NCBI GenBank assembly: GCA_964510335.1
Contig: CAZECF010000019.1
Coordinates: 1,187-65,186, forward strand
From: an uncultured Bryobacter sp.
GTDB lineage: Bacteria > Acidobacteriota > Terriglobia > Bryobacterales > Bryobacteraceae
Length of the DNA stretch: 64,000 nt
Reading direction: 5' to 3'
The notes under the pieces were generated by a model. It searched no databases. It was not told the origin of the DNA and worked only from the letters and a program-made list of their open reading frames with translations. Below, piece by piece: positions 55,401 through 63,477 of the stretch (its first letter is position 1; every line of letters begins with the position of its first letter). Made by a program: the position numbers and the translations under genes.

Positions 55401-55518
55401 CGTGGCAAGCCAGGCATTTGTCGGAAAGGATAGGACGCACGTCGCGATTGAACTCGACGGGCCGCGCTGCCGTAAGCAGCGGCGCGAGCGAGAGCCAGAG
55501 CAACAGGGTCTTTTGCAT
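52426..55518 (-). CDS. PSCyt (haem c) / DUF1549 / LamG-like / DUF1553 protein
   Basis: 1030 aa. Signal peptide, CLACH haem-c motif, RRVTLDLTGLPPT block, central concanavalin/LamG-like insert (NAVQLDGNTWLD...FSLSFWV...GRFDEVLIWSRTL), DUF1553-like C-terminus. Stop lies 4 nt before the DUF1501 start. Confidence 0.85.
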   Translation of the reverse strand: MQKTLLLWLSLAPLLTAARPVEFNRDVRPILSDKCLACHGADAKNKNIPLRLDVEDIAKSDLGGRRAIVPGDPAASEILKRIDTPSKARKMPPAFTGHAISAEERDILARWIAEGATWQKHWSFLPPARPTLPELKQAAWVRNPIDAFILERLEREELAPRPEASRDRLLRRVTLDLTGLPPTPQEVDAFLADKSPKAYEKLVDRLLASPRFGERLAMRWLDNARYADTNGYQYDGERIMWRWRDYVINSFNRNKPFDQFVSEQIAGDLLPNATLEQKVATGFQRNHRANTELGIVAEEYNVEYVIDRVETNSAVFLGLTFGCARCHNHKYDPLTQKEMYQFYAFFNNVPEQGRAMKYGNSPPMVPYPTDAQQARLTQLVHEISQTSKAIRPEAAKLKAWQAALPKTSTQYWFPAFDLKRKLSLDSAEETRANGGVVSFVPGRIGNAVQLDGNTWLDAGFQAANFDIEDRFSLSFWVQSDSIPDGSLVSRSKDAPRGRGFGMEARQGKLHVHFTSDFDDDAIRLISEEPILKSSQWQHLALRYTGSRMAEGVHVYVDGKPVRFKVELDNLYRPFNNGGKEFPEPFRIGAGAGPERRFKGRFDEVLIWSRTLPEADIALLAQGQLLRDLDSATRQVREAYLESPAAPAAQKQLWAKLIQLEQAREAHERSFPTVMVMAENPQRRDTHILIRGEYNKPGDKVEPGLPSFLPGLPAGAPNNRLGLAQWMVARDNPLTARVNINRFWQMIFGTGLVKTTEDFGSQGEYPTHPELLDWLAVEFMDSGWDLKHMFRLMVTSAAYRQDSRSTPTLNQRDPENRLLARGPRLRLPAEAIRDQALAAANLLSPKLGGPSIKPYQPAGLWEEQSMQNMDYTQDHGDDLYRRSLYIYWKRTIAPPMMTNFDASTRESCVVRESRTNTPLQALTLMNDVTFLEASRHIARRMLTEGGATEEDRLQFGMKLLLARPATATELAVLKSNLNYHRDYFASQPGRVETYLRQGDSPLDPKLPQSEQAAYMALASLLLNLDQTLTKD

Positions 55519-55544
55519 TTGCCTTCATTTTATATGCTTGACGC

Positions 55545-56891
55545 ATGAGAAGAAGGGCTTTTCTTGGAGCGCTGGCTGGCACGGAGCGGCGGCCGAATTT
55601 GTTATTCCTGTTGACCGACGACCAAAGGAACGACCTGATGAGCTGCGCGGGGCATCCGATTCTGCGGACGCCGAACATCGACCGGCTGGCCGAGGGAGGA
55701 GTGCGGTTTACCAACAACTTCTGCTCAACGGCAATCTGTTGCACCAGCCGGGCGACGATCCTGACCGGCTTGCACGAAAAATGCCACGGAGTGAGCGACT
55801 TCCGCACACCGCTGCGTCCGGAGGTGAAGGCGTTGAGCTATCCGGAGTTGCTGCGCAAGGCGGGCTACCGGACCGGCTTTGTGGGCAAGTATGGCGTCGG
55901 CGGGGTAGGCGCGCCGAAGGAAGACTTTGATGTGAGCTTTGGGGACCCGGGGCCGGAGCGGGTGGGCCAAAGCCGGGAGCTGGGCCGGCAGGCGGTGGAC
56001 TTTCTGAACGCGTCCAAGGCGGGCGAGCCGTTTTGCCTGAGCTTGAGCTTTCGTGCGCCACACGCTCGCGACCCCGATCCGAAGCAGTATCTCTATGACC
56101 CGGAGGAGGCGGACCTCTTCCGCAACGTGACGGTACCCGTGCCAAAGAAAGCTGCGCCCGAGTATTTTGAGCGGATGTCGCCCTATGTGCAGGAGAGCGA
56201 AAGCCGGGTGCGATGGAAGTGGCGCTTTACCAATCCAGAGCATTACCAGGAAAGCGTAAAGAGTTATTTCCGGCTCATTGCGGGCATTGACGCCGTGGTG
56301 GGAAATGTCATGACGACCCTCGCCAACAAGGGACTCGCCGACAACACGGTGGTGGTCTTCAGTTCGGACAACGGCTATTTTCTGGGGGAGTGGGGACTCG
56401 CTGACAAGTGGTACCTCTATGAGGAATCGATCCGAACCCCGTTGATTGTCTATGACCCGCGATTGCCCGCGAGTTTGCGCGGCAGGACGCGGACGGAGAT
56501 GACGCTGAATTTGGATCTTTCGCCAACCCTGATGCGGCTGGGAGGAGTTGCCGTGCCAGAAGCAGTCCAAGGCCGCGATCTGATGCCGCTGGTGCGTGGA
56601 GAGCGGAGGACATGGCGCAAGGATTGGTTCTACTCGCACCTGTTTGGGGGCAATCCACCGCAGGTAGTCATTCCGCGGAGCGAAGGGATTCGCGGGGAAC
56701 GCTACAAGTATTTGCGTTGGACCGATGCCAAGCCCGTTCGCGAAGAAGTTTATGACCTCAAGCAGGACCCCGAAGAATTGACCCGACTCAAGCCGGGACG
56801 AACGCACGAAATGCTGCGCCAGCGCTGGGCGAAGTGGAATCAAGCCCTGGCGGCCTGGTCGCCTGCGAAACGCTGGGAGGACCCAGGATGA
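55545..56891 (+). CDS. S1-family sulfatase (GlcNAc-6-sulfatase-like)
   Basis: 448 aa. PNLLFLLTDDQRND metal-binding start and active-site segment AICCTSRATILTG. Short Tat-like N-terminus MRRRAFLGALAG. Confidence 0.85.
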   Translation: MRRRAFLGALAGTERRPNLLFLLTDDQRNDLMSCAGHPILRTPNIDRLAEGGVRFTNNFCSTAICCTSRATILTGLHEKCHGVSDFRTPLRPEVKALSYPELLRKAGYRTGFVGKYGVGGVGAPKEDFDVSFGDPGPERVGQSRELGRQAVDFLNASKAGEPFCLSLSFRAPHARDPDPKQYLYDPEEADLFRNVTVPVPKKAAPEYFERMSPYVQESESRVRWKWRFTNPEHYQESVKSYFRLIAGIDAVVGNVMTTLANKGLADNTVVVFSSDNGYFLGEWGLADKWYLYEESIRTPLIVYDPRLPASLRGRTRTEMTLNLDLSPTLMRLGGVAVPEAVQGRDLMPLVRGERRTWRKDWFYSHLFGGNPPQVVIPRSEGIRGERYKYLRWTDAKPVREEVYDLKQDPEELTRLKPGRTHEMLRQRWAKWNQALAAWSPAKRWEDPG

Positions 56892-56903
56892 GACTCTGAA
56901 ATC

Positions 56904-58955
56904 ATGGCGCAAAAAACAATCGTGATTGTCGGCGGCGGTTTTGCCGGTGTTGCCTGTGGAAAGCGGCTGCGCAGTTTGCTGGGTAAGGACGAGGCGCGGA
57001 TCGTTGTATTCAGCGAAGAGAACTACATGGTTTTTCAACCGCTACTGGCGGAAGTAGCGGGAAGCTCGATTCTGCCGGAGGCAGCGGCAACACCGCTGCG
57101 GGTTGCCTTAAAGGGCGTGGAGTGCCGCCGGGAGAAGGTCATCGACATTGATCTGGCAGCCAACGAAGTGGTGTACGAGACCTACGATGGTGCCAAGCGG
57201 CGGATGCGCTATGACCAGATTGTGCTGGCCTGCGGGAGTGGAGTGAATCTGAGCGCGGTGCCCGGGATGGCCGATCATGCCATGCCCTTCCGAACGGTCT
57301 CGGATGCGGTGGCCTTGCGGAGCCAGATCTCGCAACAACTGGAGCAGGCAGCCGTGCAGGACGACCCGGAACGCCGCCAGTTCTATCTGACCTTTGCGGT
57401 GATCGGTGGAGGGTTTTCGGGCGTAGAGGTCGCGGGGGAAGTGAATGACCTGCTGAAGGCGGTCAAGAAATACTATCCAACCATCCGGCCGGAGGAAAGC
57501 AAAGTGGTGTTGATCCACAGCCGGGATCAACTGCTGCCGGAAGTATCGTCGAGCTTGCGCGAGTTCACACGCGAAAAGATGGTGAAGCACGGCGTTGAAG
57601 TTGTGCTGGGCAAACGAGTGAAGCTGGTGACGGCGGAAGGGGTCGTGTTGAGCGACGGGACGCAATACCGGGCGGCAACAGTAGTAGGGAGTATCGGAAC
57701 TGCGCCCCATCCTTTTGTGGAGCGGATGGCTGCGCCGAAGGAAAAAGGCAAGTTGCAGACGCAAGCCGATATGCGGCTGGAGGGGCAAGCGAATGCTTGG
57801 GGGATCGGGGATTGCGCGCTCATCATCAATGCCTTCGACGGACAGTGTTCTCCCCCCACGGGGCAGTTTGCCGAGCGGCAGGGGAAGCAGTGCGCGGCCA
57901 ATATCGCGGCCCTCTTGCGGGGAGAGCCGACGAAGCCATTCTCCTTCCGTCCGCTGGGCATGTTGTGTGCGATCGGCGGGCATAACGCGGTGGCGGAGAT
58001 GTTTGGCATCAAGCTGTCGGGCTTTCTGACCTGGTGGATGTGGCGAACGGTATATCTGCTGAAGCTGCCCAGCTTCTCGCGCAAGGTAAAAGTGGCCATG
58101 GACTGGACCTGGGAGCTGCTCTTCAGCCGCGACATTACCGGGGTCAAGATTGACACGACCAACCGGGTGCAGGATGCCTACTTTGCGGCGGGCACCTATG
58201 TGTTTCGCAAAGGCGATCCGGCGATGAATTTCTATGTAATCGAGACCGGGCAGGTGGAGGTTCTGCGGCAACTGGAAGAAGACAAGGAAATGGAAGTCGT
58301 GGCGGTGATGGGGCCAGGAGACTTCTTCGGTGAGATGGCGCTGGTGGAAGACCGGCCACGGAATGCGAGTGTGCGGGCGCGTACAGATCTGGAAGTGACC
58401 GTAATCGGCAAGGGAATGTTTGCCCGGATGTCGAAGGTGATTGCCCCGCTGGCGCAGCAGGTGAGGGATGTCATCAAGAAGCGAAGAAGCTTCCGGCAGC
58501 GGTTGCCCCGGACGAGCGAGATTCTGAAGCATACGCTCATGACGGAATGCGTCGAGCCCCTGCAAGCGCAACCGCTGAGCGAGAATTGTACCTTTGCCAA
58601 GGCGATTGGTCAGTTTGAAAGAGAGCGGGCCGATTTCTTTTGCGTGGTGAATGAGAAGGTGGAAATCTGCGGCATCCTTACGCGGACGGATTTGCTGTCG
58701 GCGATTGAGCAAGTGGCGCAGATGCCAGAGGAGCAGCGCGGCACAGTCAAAGTGAAAGACCTGATGACGCACAACCCGCTATGGGTAAGCCTCGACGATT
58801 CGCCGCTGATGGTGGCCGAGATGATGCGGGAACGCAGCCTCAAGCGGCTGCCGGTCGTCAAGGCGAAGGACGACCTGACGCTGGCCGGCTTTGTGCGGCT
58901 GGAAGTATTGATGGCGCTGGTGCTGCGCAAGCTCGAAGGCGTGGAAGCGAGCTAG
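56904..58955 (+). CDS. type II NADH dehydrogenase (NDH-2) fused to cyclic-nucleotide-binding and tandem CBS domains
   Basis: 683 aa. Two dinucleotide folds (IVGGGFAG, VIGGGFSG) in the first ~420 aa, then a cNMP block (FRKGDPAMNFYVIETGQVEV..GDFFGEMAL..PRNASVRA), then two CBS-like repeats to the C-terminus. Confidence 0.8.
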   Translation: MAQKTIVIVGGGFAGVACGKRLRSLLGKDEARIVVFSEENYMVFQPLLAEVAGSSILPEAAATPLRVALKGVECRREKVIDIDLAANEVVYETYDGAKRRMRYDQIVLACGSGVNLSAVPGMADHAMPFRTVSDAVALRSQISQQLEQAAVQDDPERRQFYLTFAVIGGGFSGVEVAGEVNDLLKAVKKYYPTIRPEESKVVLIHSRDQLLPEVSSSLREFTREKMVKHGVEVVLGKRVKLVTAEGVVLSDGTQYRAATVVGSIGTAPHPFVERMAAPKEKGKLQTQADMRLEGQANAWGIGDCALIINAFDGQCSPPTGQFAERQGKQCAANIAALLRGEPTKPFSFRPLGMLCAIGGHNAVAEMFGIKLSGFLTWWMWRTVYLLKLPSFSRKVKVAMDWTWELLFSRDITGVKIDTTNRVQDAYFAAGTYVFRKGDPAMNFYVIETGQVEVLRQLEEDKEMEVVAVMGPGDFFGEMALVEDRPRNASVRARTDLEVTVIGKGMFARMSKVIAPLAQQVRDVIKKRRSFRQRLPRTSEILKHTLMTECVEPLQAQPLSENCTFAKAIGQFERERADFFCVVNEKVEICGILTRTDLLSAIEQVAQMPEEQRGTVKVKDLMTHNPLWVSLDDSPLMVAEMMRERSLKRLPVVKAKDDLTLAGFVRLEVLMALVLRKLEGVEAS

Positions 58956-59692
58956 GCGAAGTACATGCCGCCATTGACTTCAATCGTTTGGCCGTAAATG
59001 TAAGCAGCCTTATCCGTACACAGGAAGTAAATGACGTCAGCGGTTTCTTCGCTCGTGCCGAGGCGTCCGGCGGGGGCCGAGGCGCGGAAGTTTTCCAGCA
59101 TCTGCGGCGTGGAGAAAACTTCGTGGAAGTTGGTGGCGATCACGCCGGGAGCGACACAGTTGACGTGGATGCCGGCGGGAGCGAATTCCTTGGCGTGGGC
59201 CTTGGTGAGGGCCGAAACAGCACCTTTGCAAGTTGCGTAGGCAGCGGCTCCGGGTCCGCCACCGTTGCGGCCCGCGATAGAACCGACGTTGACAATATGG
59301 CCGGCCTTCTTTTCGAGCATGTGGGGCACAACGGCCTGGGTGATATAGAACACGCTGGAGAGGTTGAGCATGACAGTGGCTTCCCAGTGCGGGGCAGGCA
59401 TGTCGGCGCTTTTGTGGCGGCCGATGAGGGAACCCGCGTTGTTGATGAGCACGTCAATCGGGCGGCCCTTCAGTTGGGCCGTGAAGGCCTCAACGCCGGC
59501 AAGAGTAGTGAGATCGGCCTGGATGAGCTCGACGCTCGCGGCACCGGCGGCGGTGGCCTCAGCGGCGACCAATTCCGCGCCGGCACGGTCTGAAGAATAG
59601 TGGAGCAGGAGGCTGGCTTGCTCCTGGGCAAAGCAGAGGGCGGTGGCAGCGCCAATGCCTTTGCTGGCGCCGGTGATGAGGACAGTTCGCAT
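58952..59692 (-). CDS. short-chain dehydrogenase/reductase (FabG-like)
   Basis: TGASKGIG, NNAG, YATCK (YxxxK). I prefer ATG 59692 (MRTVLITGAS) over ATG 59740, which would overlap the divergent gene by 40 nt. Confidence 0.85.
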   Translation of the reverse strand: MRTVLITGASKGIGAATALCFAQEQASLLLHYSSDRAGAELVAAEATAAGAASVELIQADLTTLAGVEAFTAQLKGRPIDVLINNAGSLIGRHKSADMPAPHWEATVMLNLSSVFYITQAVVPHMLEKKAGHIVNVGSIAGRNGGGPGAAAYATCKGAVSALTKAHAKEFAPAGIHVNCVAPGVIATNFHEVFSTPQMLENFRASAPAGRLGTSEETADVIYFLCTDKAAYIYGQTIEVNGGMYFA

Positions 59693-59700
59693 TCCTGCTA

Positions 59701-60447
59701 GTGTATCCGCTAGTGAATCAGAATCGGCCATTGAAGACATTAGAGCGGGTGCTATCGAAAGCAGGATTGGGGTCGCGCACGGATGCGCGGCACTGGATCC
59801 ATGAGCGGCGGGTGAAAGTGAACGGCAAAACCGTAGAGAACCCCGAGCATTGGGTGGACCTCGAACGCGACAGGGTAGAGCTCGACGGACGGACAGTCAA
59901 GACCGTAAAGCGGCTCTATGTGCTGCTGTACAAACCCGTTGGCTACATCACCAGCAAAGGTGACCCGGAAGGCAGACCGACGGTTTATGACCTGCTGAAA
60001 GACGTGCCGAGCTTTGTGGGAACAGTGGGACGGCTCGATGAGGATACAAGCGGAATGCTGCTGCTGACCAACGACACGCAGTTGGCCGAGCGGTTGACCA
60101 ACCCGGAATCACATGTCCCCAAGACTTATCTGGTCAAGTGCGCAACCTCGCTCACCGATGAGGCGATTGAGCGCTTGCGGCAGGGCGTTGAATTGAACGA
60201 CGGGCCAACGCGGCCAGCCGAAGTAAAGCGGGTGAGAGACAACGAATCAAAGACATTTCTGGAGTTGACGATTACGGAGGGGCGCAACCGGCAGATCCGG
60301 CGCATGATCGAGGCAGTGGGAAGCAGAGTGCTGAAACTGGTACGGACGGGCATTGCGGATTTGACCCTCGAAGGGATGCAAAGCGGGAAGTGGCGGGACT
60401 TGAAGCCCACGGAAGTGCGGGACCTGAAAGCGAGGGTGCGGCTCTGA
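59701..60447 (+). CDS. pseudouridine synthase, RsuA/RluB family
   Basis: S4 domain LERVLSKAGLGSRTDARHWIHERRVKVNGK and catalytic GRLDEDTSG. Exact start uncertain (GTG 59701 in track). Confidence 0.8.
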   Translation: MYPLVNQNRPLKTLERVLSKAGLGSRTDARHWIHERRVKVNGKTVENPEHWVDLERDRVELDGRTVKTVKRLYVLLYKPVGYITSKGDPEGRPTVYDLLKDVPSFVGTVGRLDEDTSGMLLLTNDTQLAERLTNPESHVPKTYLVKCATSLTDEAIERLRQGVELNDGPTRPAEVKRVRDNESKTFLELTITEGRNRQIRRMIEAVGSRVLKLVRTGIADLTLEGMQSGKWRDLKPTEVRDLKARVRL

Positions 60448-60461
60448 GACACTAAGCTTAT

Positions 60462-62822
60462 ATGCTTCGTCTCGCGCTTCTTTGCTCCTTTGTACTCTCT
60501 GCCCAGGAGCATACCCCTCAGAACGAAAAGAACCCGCTGGCCAATGACCCGACAGCGGTTCCTGCTGGTGCCAGATTGTATTCACAGGCTTGCCAGGCTT
60601 GCCATGGCGGCAACGCGGCGGGCAGCGAACGTGGGCCGGCACTGGCAAGCGGCGTCTTCAAGCATGGCAGCAAGGACGGAGAGATTTTCCTCAATATCCG
60701 CAACGGCATCACCGGGACGAAGATGCCTGCCTACAATCGTCTGGAGACGGCACAAGTCTGGCAGATTGTGAGCTATTTGCGGAGCTTGAATGCGGCGGGG
60801 GCGCGTACCGGGGAAGTGGTCGCAGGCAATGCGAAGAATGGCGAGGCGCTCTTCTTTGGCAAGGCCGCTTGCGTGAGTTGCCATGAGGTAAGTGCGCGCG
60901 GCGGAATCCTGGGGCCGGACCTGTCGAACGCGGCGGCGATTCCGGCCGAGACGATCCTCAAGAAGCTGAATGACCCGAGCGATGTGGCGCGACGCAAGCG
61001 CGGACCGCGCGTCGGAAGAGTTACGGTCACCACCGCTGAGGGCAAGACGATTGAGGGCATTCGCCGCAATGAAGACAGCTTTACGCTGATGCTGGCAGAC
61101 CGGGCTGGACAACTGCATGTCCTCGATAAAGCGACGCTGAAGGAGCGCAAGGATACGACCGAATCCATGATGCCGGGCGACTTTGCCAAGCGCTTCAGCG
61201 CAGGGGAATTGCAGGACCTGGTGGCGTACCTGAAGACGCTCAACGGCCGCGACTATGCCAAAACGATTCAGGCACAGATTCCCGCCGGGCCACTGACCTT
61301 TGAGCGCATTGTGAATGCCGCAAAGGAACCCCAGAACTGGCTCACCTATTGGGGAGACTACGGCGGGCACCACTTCACAAAGCTCGATCAGATCACGACG
61401 GCAAATGTAAGCAAGCTGCAAACCCGCTGGGCAGTGCAAATGCCGGGCGATTCGATTCTCGAAACAACGCCCATCGTGGTGGACGGCGTGATGTACACGG
61501 CAGGTATGCCAGGACAGGTCTTTGCGCTGGATGCGCGCACGGGGATGCAGATCTGGCGTTATGAGCGGAAACAAAAGACGGTGAATGCGTTTGAGAGCAA
61601 TCGCTATAACCGCGGCGTGGCGGTGCTGGGCAACCGGGTCTTCTTCGGGACGCTGGACGCAGTTTTGATTGCGCTCGATGCGAGAACAGGCCGGCAGCTC
61701 TGGGAGACGCAAGTGGCCGATACGATGGAAGGCTACAGCATTACGGTTGCCCCGCTGGTGGTGAAGGACAAAGTGATTGTCGGTGTCGCGGGCGGCGAAC
61801 ACGGCATCCGTGGCTTCCTCGATGCGTATGACATCAAGACCGGCAAGCGCGTGTGGCGCTTCAATACCGTGCCGGGGCCGGGTGAATTCGGGCATGAAAC
61901 CTGGAAGGGCGATAGCTGGAAGCTGGGCGGCGCGCCCACCTGGCTGACGGGCAGCTATGATCCGGAGCTCGACACTTTGTACTGGTCTACCGGCAACCCG
62001 GGGCCGGACATGGACGCGGAAATCCGTAAGGGCGACAATCTCTTCTCCTGTTCTGTGCTGGCCCTGGACCCTGACACCGGCAAGCGCAAGTGGCACTACC
62101 AGTTCACGCCGAATGACAGCCATGACTGGGACGCCAATCAGGATCTGGTGCTGGCCAATCAGGTGATTGACGGGGTGGAGCGGAAACTCCTCTTGCAGAC
62201 CAACCGCAATGGAATTTTCTACGTGCTGGACCGGACCAACGGCAAGCTGCTCTTTGGCAAGCCTTACGTGCGGCAAACCTGGAATGCAGGCTTTGAAGCC
62301 GATGGCCGGCCGAAGGTGATTCCGGATACGGATTCGACACCGGAAGGGCGGGTGGTGTACCCGACGCTGGTGGGCGGCACCAACTGGCAGAGCCCCTCCT
62401 ACGATGCAACAACAGGCAGGCTCTTTGTGGTTTATGCCGACGGGGCCGAACGCTATGTGCGGGAACCCTCAACGTACGAGCCGGGCAAGGCCTATTGGGG
62501 CGGTCGGTCTTTGCCCTATGGAGACCCGCCGCTGGTAGGCATCAAGGCCATCAACACGAAGACGGGCGCTACGGAGTGGGATTACCGGATCGCGCAAGGC
62601 TCACTGGCCGCAGGGGTTTTGGCAACCTCAACCGGAGTCTTGTTCTCGGCAACGGCGGAAGGAAATCTGATTGCCCTCGAAGCCAAGACCGGCAAGCCGC
62701 TGTGGCGGATGCAGACGGGAGCGAGCACGGCGGCCTCGCCCATCAGCTACAGCGTGAACGGCAAGCAATACATTGCGGTCGCCTCCGGGATGGTGCTTTA
62801 TAGCCTGGCGCTGCCGGACTAA
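60462..62822 (+). CDS. PQQ-dependent dehydrogenase (alcohol-dehydrogenase-like propeller) with two N-terminal c-type haem motifs
   Basis: 786 aa. Signal peptide, CQACH (60591-60605) and CVSCH (60870-60884), then an 8-bladed PQQ propeller (ALDARTGMQIW, ALDARTGRQLW, YDIKTGKRVW, ALDPDTGKRKWHYQFTPNDSHDWD, ALEAKTGKPLW). Confidence 0.8.
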   Translation: MLRLALLCSFVLSAQEHTPQNEKNPLANDPTAVPAGARLYSQACQACHGGNAAGSERGPALASGVFKHGSKDGEIFLNIRNGITGTKMPAYNRLETAQVWQIVSYLRSLNAAGARTGEVVAGNAKNGEALFFGKAACVSCHEVSARGGILGPDLSNAAAIPAETILKKLNDPSDVARRKRGPRVGRVTVTTAEGKTIEGIRRNEDSFTLMLADRAGQLHVLDKATLKERKDTTESMMPGDFAKRFSAGELQDLVAYLKTLNGRDYAKTIQAQIPAGPLTFERIVNAAKEPQNWLTYWGDYGGHHFTKLDQITTANVSKLQTRWAVQMPGDSILETTPIVVDGVMYTAGMPGQVFALDARTGMQIWRYERKQKTVNAFESNRYNRGVAVLGNRVFFGTLDAVLIALDARTGRQLWETQVADTMEGYSITVAPLVVKDKVIVGVAGGEHGIRGFLDAYDIKTGKRVWRFNTVPGPGEFGHETWKGDSWKLGGAPTWLTGSYDPELDTLYWSTGNPGPDMDAEIRKGDNLFSCSVLALDPDTGKRKWHYQFTPNDSHDWDANQDLVLANQVIDGVERKLLLQTNRNGIFYVLDRTNGKLLFGKPYVRQTWNAGFEADGRPKVIPDTDSTPEGRVVYPTLVGGTNWQSPSYDATTGRLFVVYADGAERYVREPSTYEPGKAYWGGRSLPYGDPPLVGIKAINTKTGATEWDYRIAQGSLAAGVLATSTGVLFSATAEGNLIALEAKTGKPLWRMQTGASTAASPISYSVNGKQYIAVASGMVLYSLALPD

Positions 62823-63214
62823 ACCGTCTGCCAGCGCAGGCCAGCAACGCGGGAGAACTCGCGGAAATTTCGCGTAACGAGAGTGGCCTCGCGGGCAAGG
62901 GCGGTGGCGGCGATGAAGAGATCATTGGGGCCGATAGGAGTGCCCTTGGCTTGCAGGTCCGCACGCAGATTTCCATAAAAGGCCGCCGCTGACTCATCAA
63001 AGGGAATCACCGGAAGCCTTTCTACAAAGAGACCCAGGCGATTGAGGTTTTCAATTCGACGCTGACTGTTCATCGCGCCGAAATGCAATTCGGCGAGCAC
63101 GATGGCAGGGAGTCCGACGTCTCCGCGGTGGAGAGAGTCGAGAAACTCAGTCACTGGTGGTTCGAAGTTCAGCGCAGCAATGCAGACGTCAGAATCCAGA
63201 AGATAGCTAATCAA
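62819..63214 (-). CDS. vapC: PIN-domain toxin VapC
   Basis: TTG start at 63214 (LISYLLDSDVCIAAL), overlapping the antitoxin stop by 8 nt (TTGATTAG). PIN residues in YLLDSDV and LVTRNFREF. Confidence 0.8.
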   Translation of the reverse strand: MISYLLDSDVCIAALNFEPPVTEFLDSLHRGDVGLPAIVLAELHFGAMNSQRRIENLNRLGLFVERLPVIPFDESAAAFYGNLRADLQAKGTPIGPNDLFIAATALAREATLVTRNFREFSRVAGLRWQTV

Positions 63215-63449
63215 GCGAAATGTCCTTGAGGGCCCCGGGGCCTGGACGTTTCGGCGCAACAAAGTCGTCGGAGACCGGCCCCAAGCGCTTCAAATGTGCC
63301 CAGAAATCCGGCCCGAAGGCAGGAATCTGCGAAGTGCTTTCCTGCAGCCGATCCAAAACGTAGCGGGACAAGGATTTACCCTCAGCCGCAGCATGCTGCT
63401 TGAGTTCTTTGGCCACTTCATCCGGAACGTAAAGATTCAACTGTGCCAC
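63207..63449 (-). CDS. vapB: ribbon-helix-helix antitoxin (VapB-like)
   Basis: 80 aa, GTG start. AQLNLYVPDEVAKELKQHAAAEGKSLSRYVLDRL is an RHH/CopG-like pattern. Confidence 0.65.
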   Translation of the reverse strand: MAQLNLYVPDEVAKELKQHAAAEGKSLSRYVLDRLQESTSQIPAFGPDFWAHLKRLGPVSDDFVAPKRPGPGALKDISLD

Positions 63450-63477
63450 GTATACAAGTATACTTGCGCACGTATAC
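63450..63477 (-). promoter_or_regulatory. three GTATAC palindromes, candidate operator of the RHH antitoxin
   Basis: GTATAC at 63450-63455, 63458-63463 and 63472-63477 fill the 29-nt gap between the xthA stop and the vapB GTG. On the minus strand, TATACT (plus 63457-63462) lies 7 nt upstream of the GTG. Confidence 0.4.

Noticed and set aside
57108-58772. 554-aa minus-strand ORF, and likewise 60582..62276 (564 aa) and 55725..57038 (437 aa)
   Set aside because: Arg/His/Leu/Pro/Gln-rich translations antisense to the NDH-2 fusion, PQQ dehydrogenase and sulfatase genes, which all have clear catalytic motifs.
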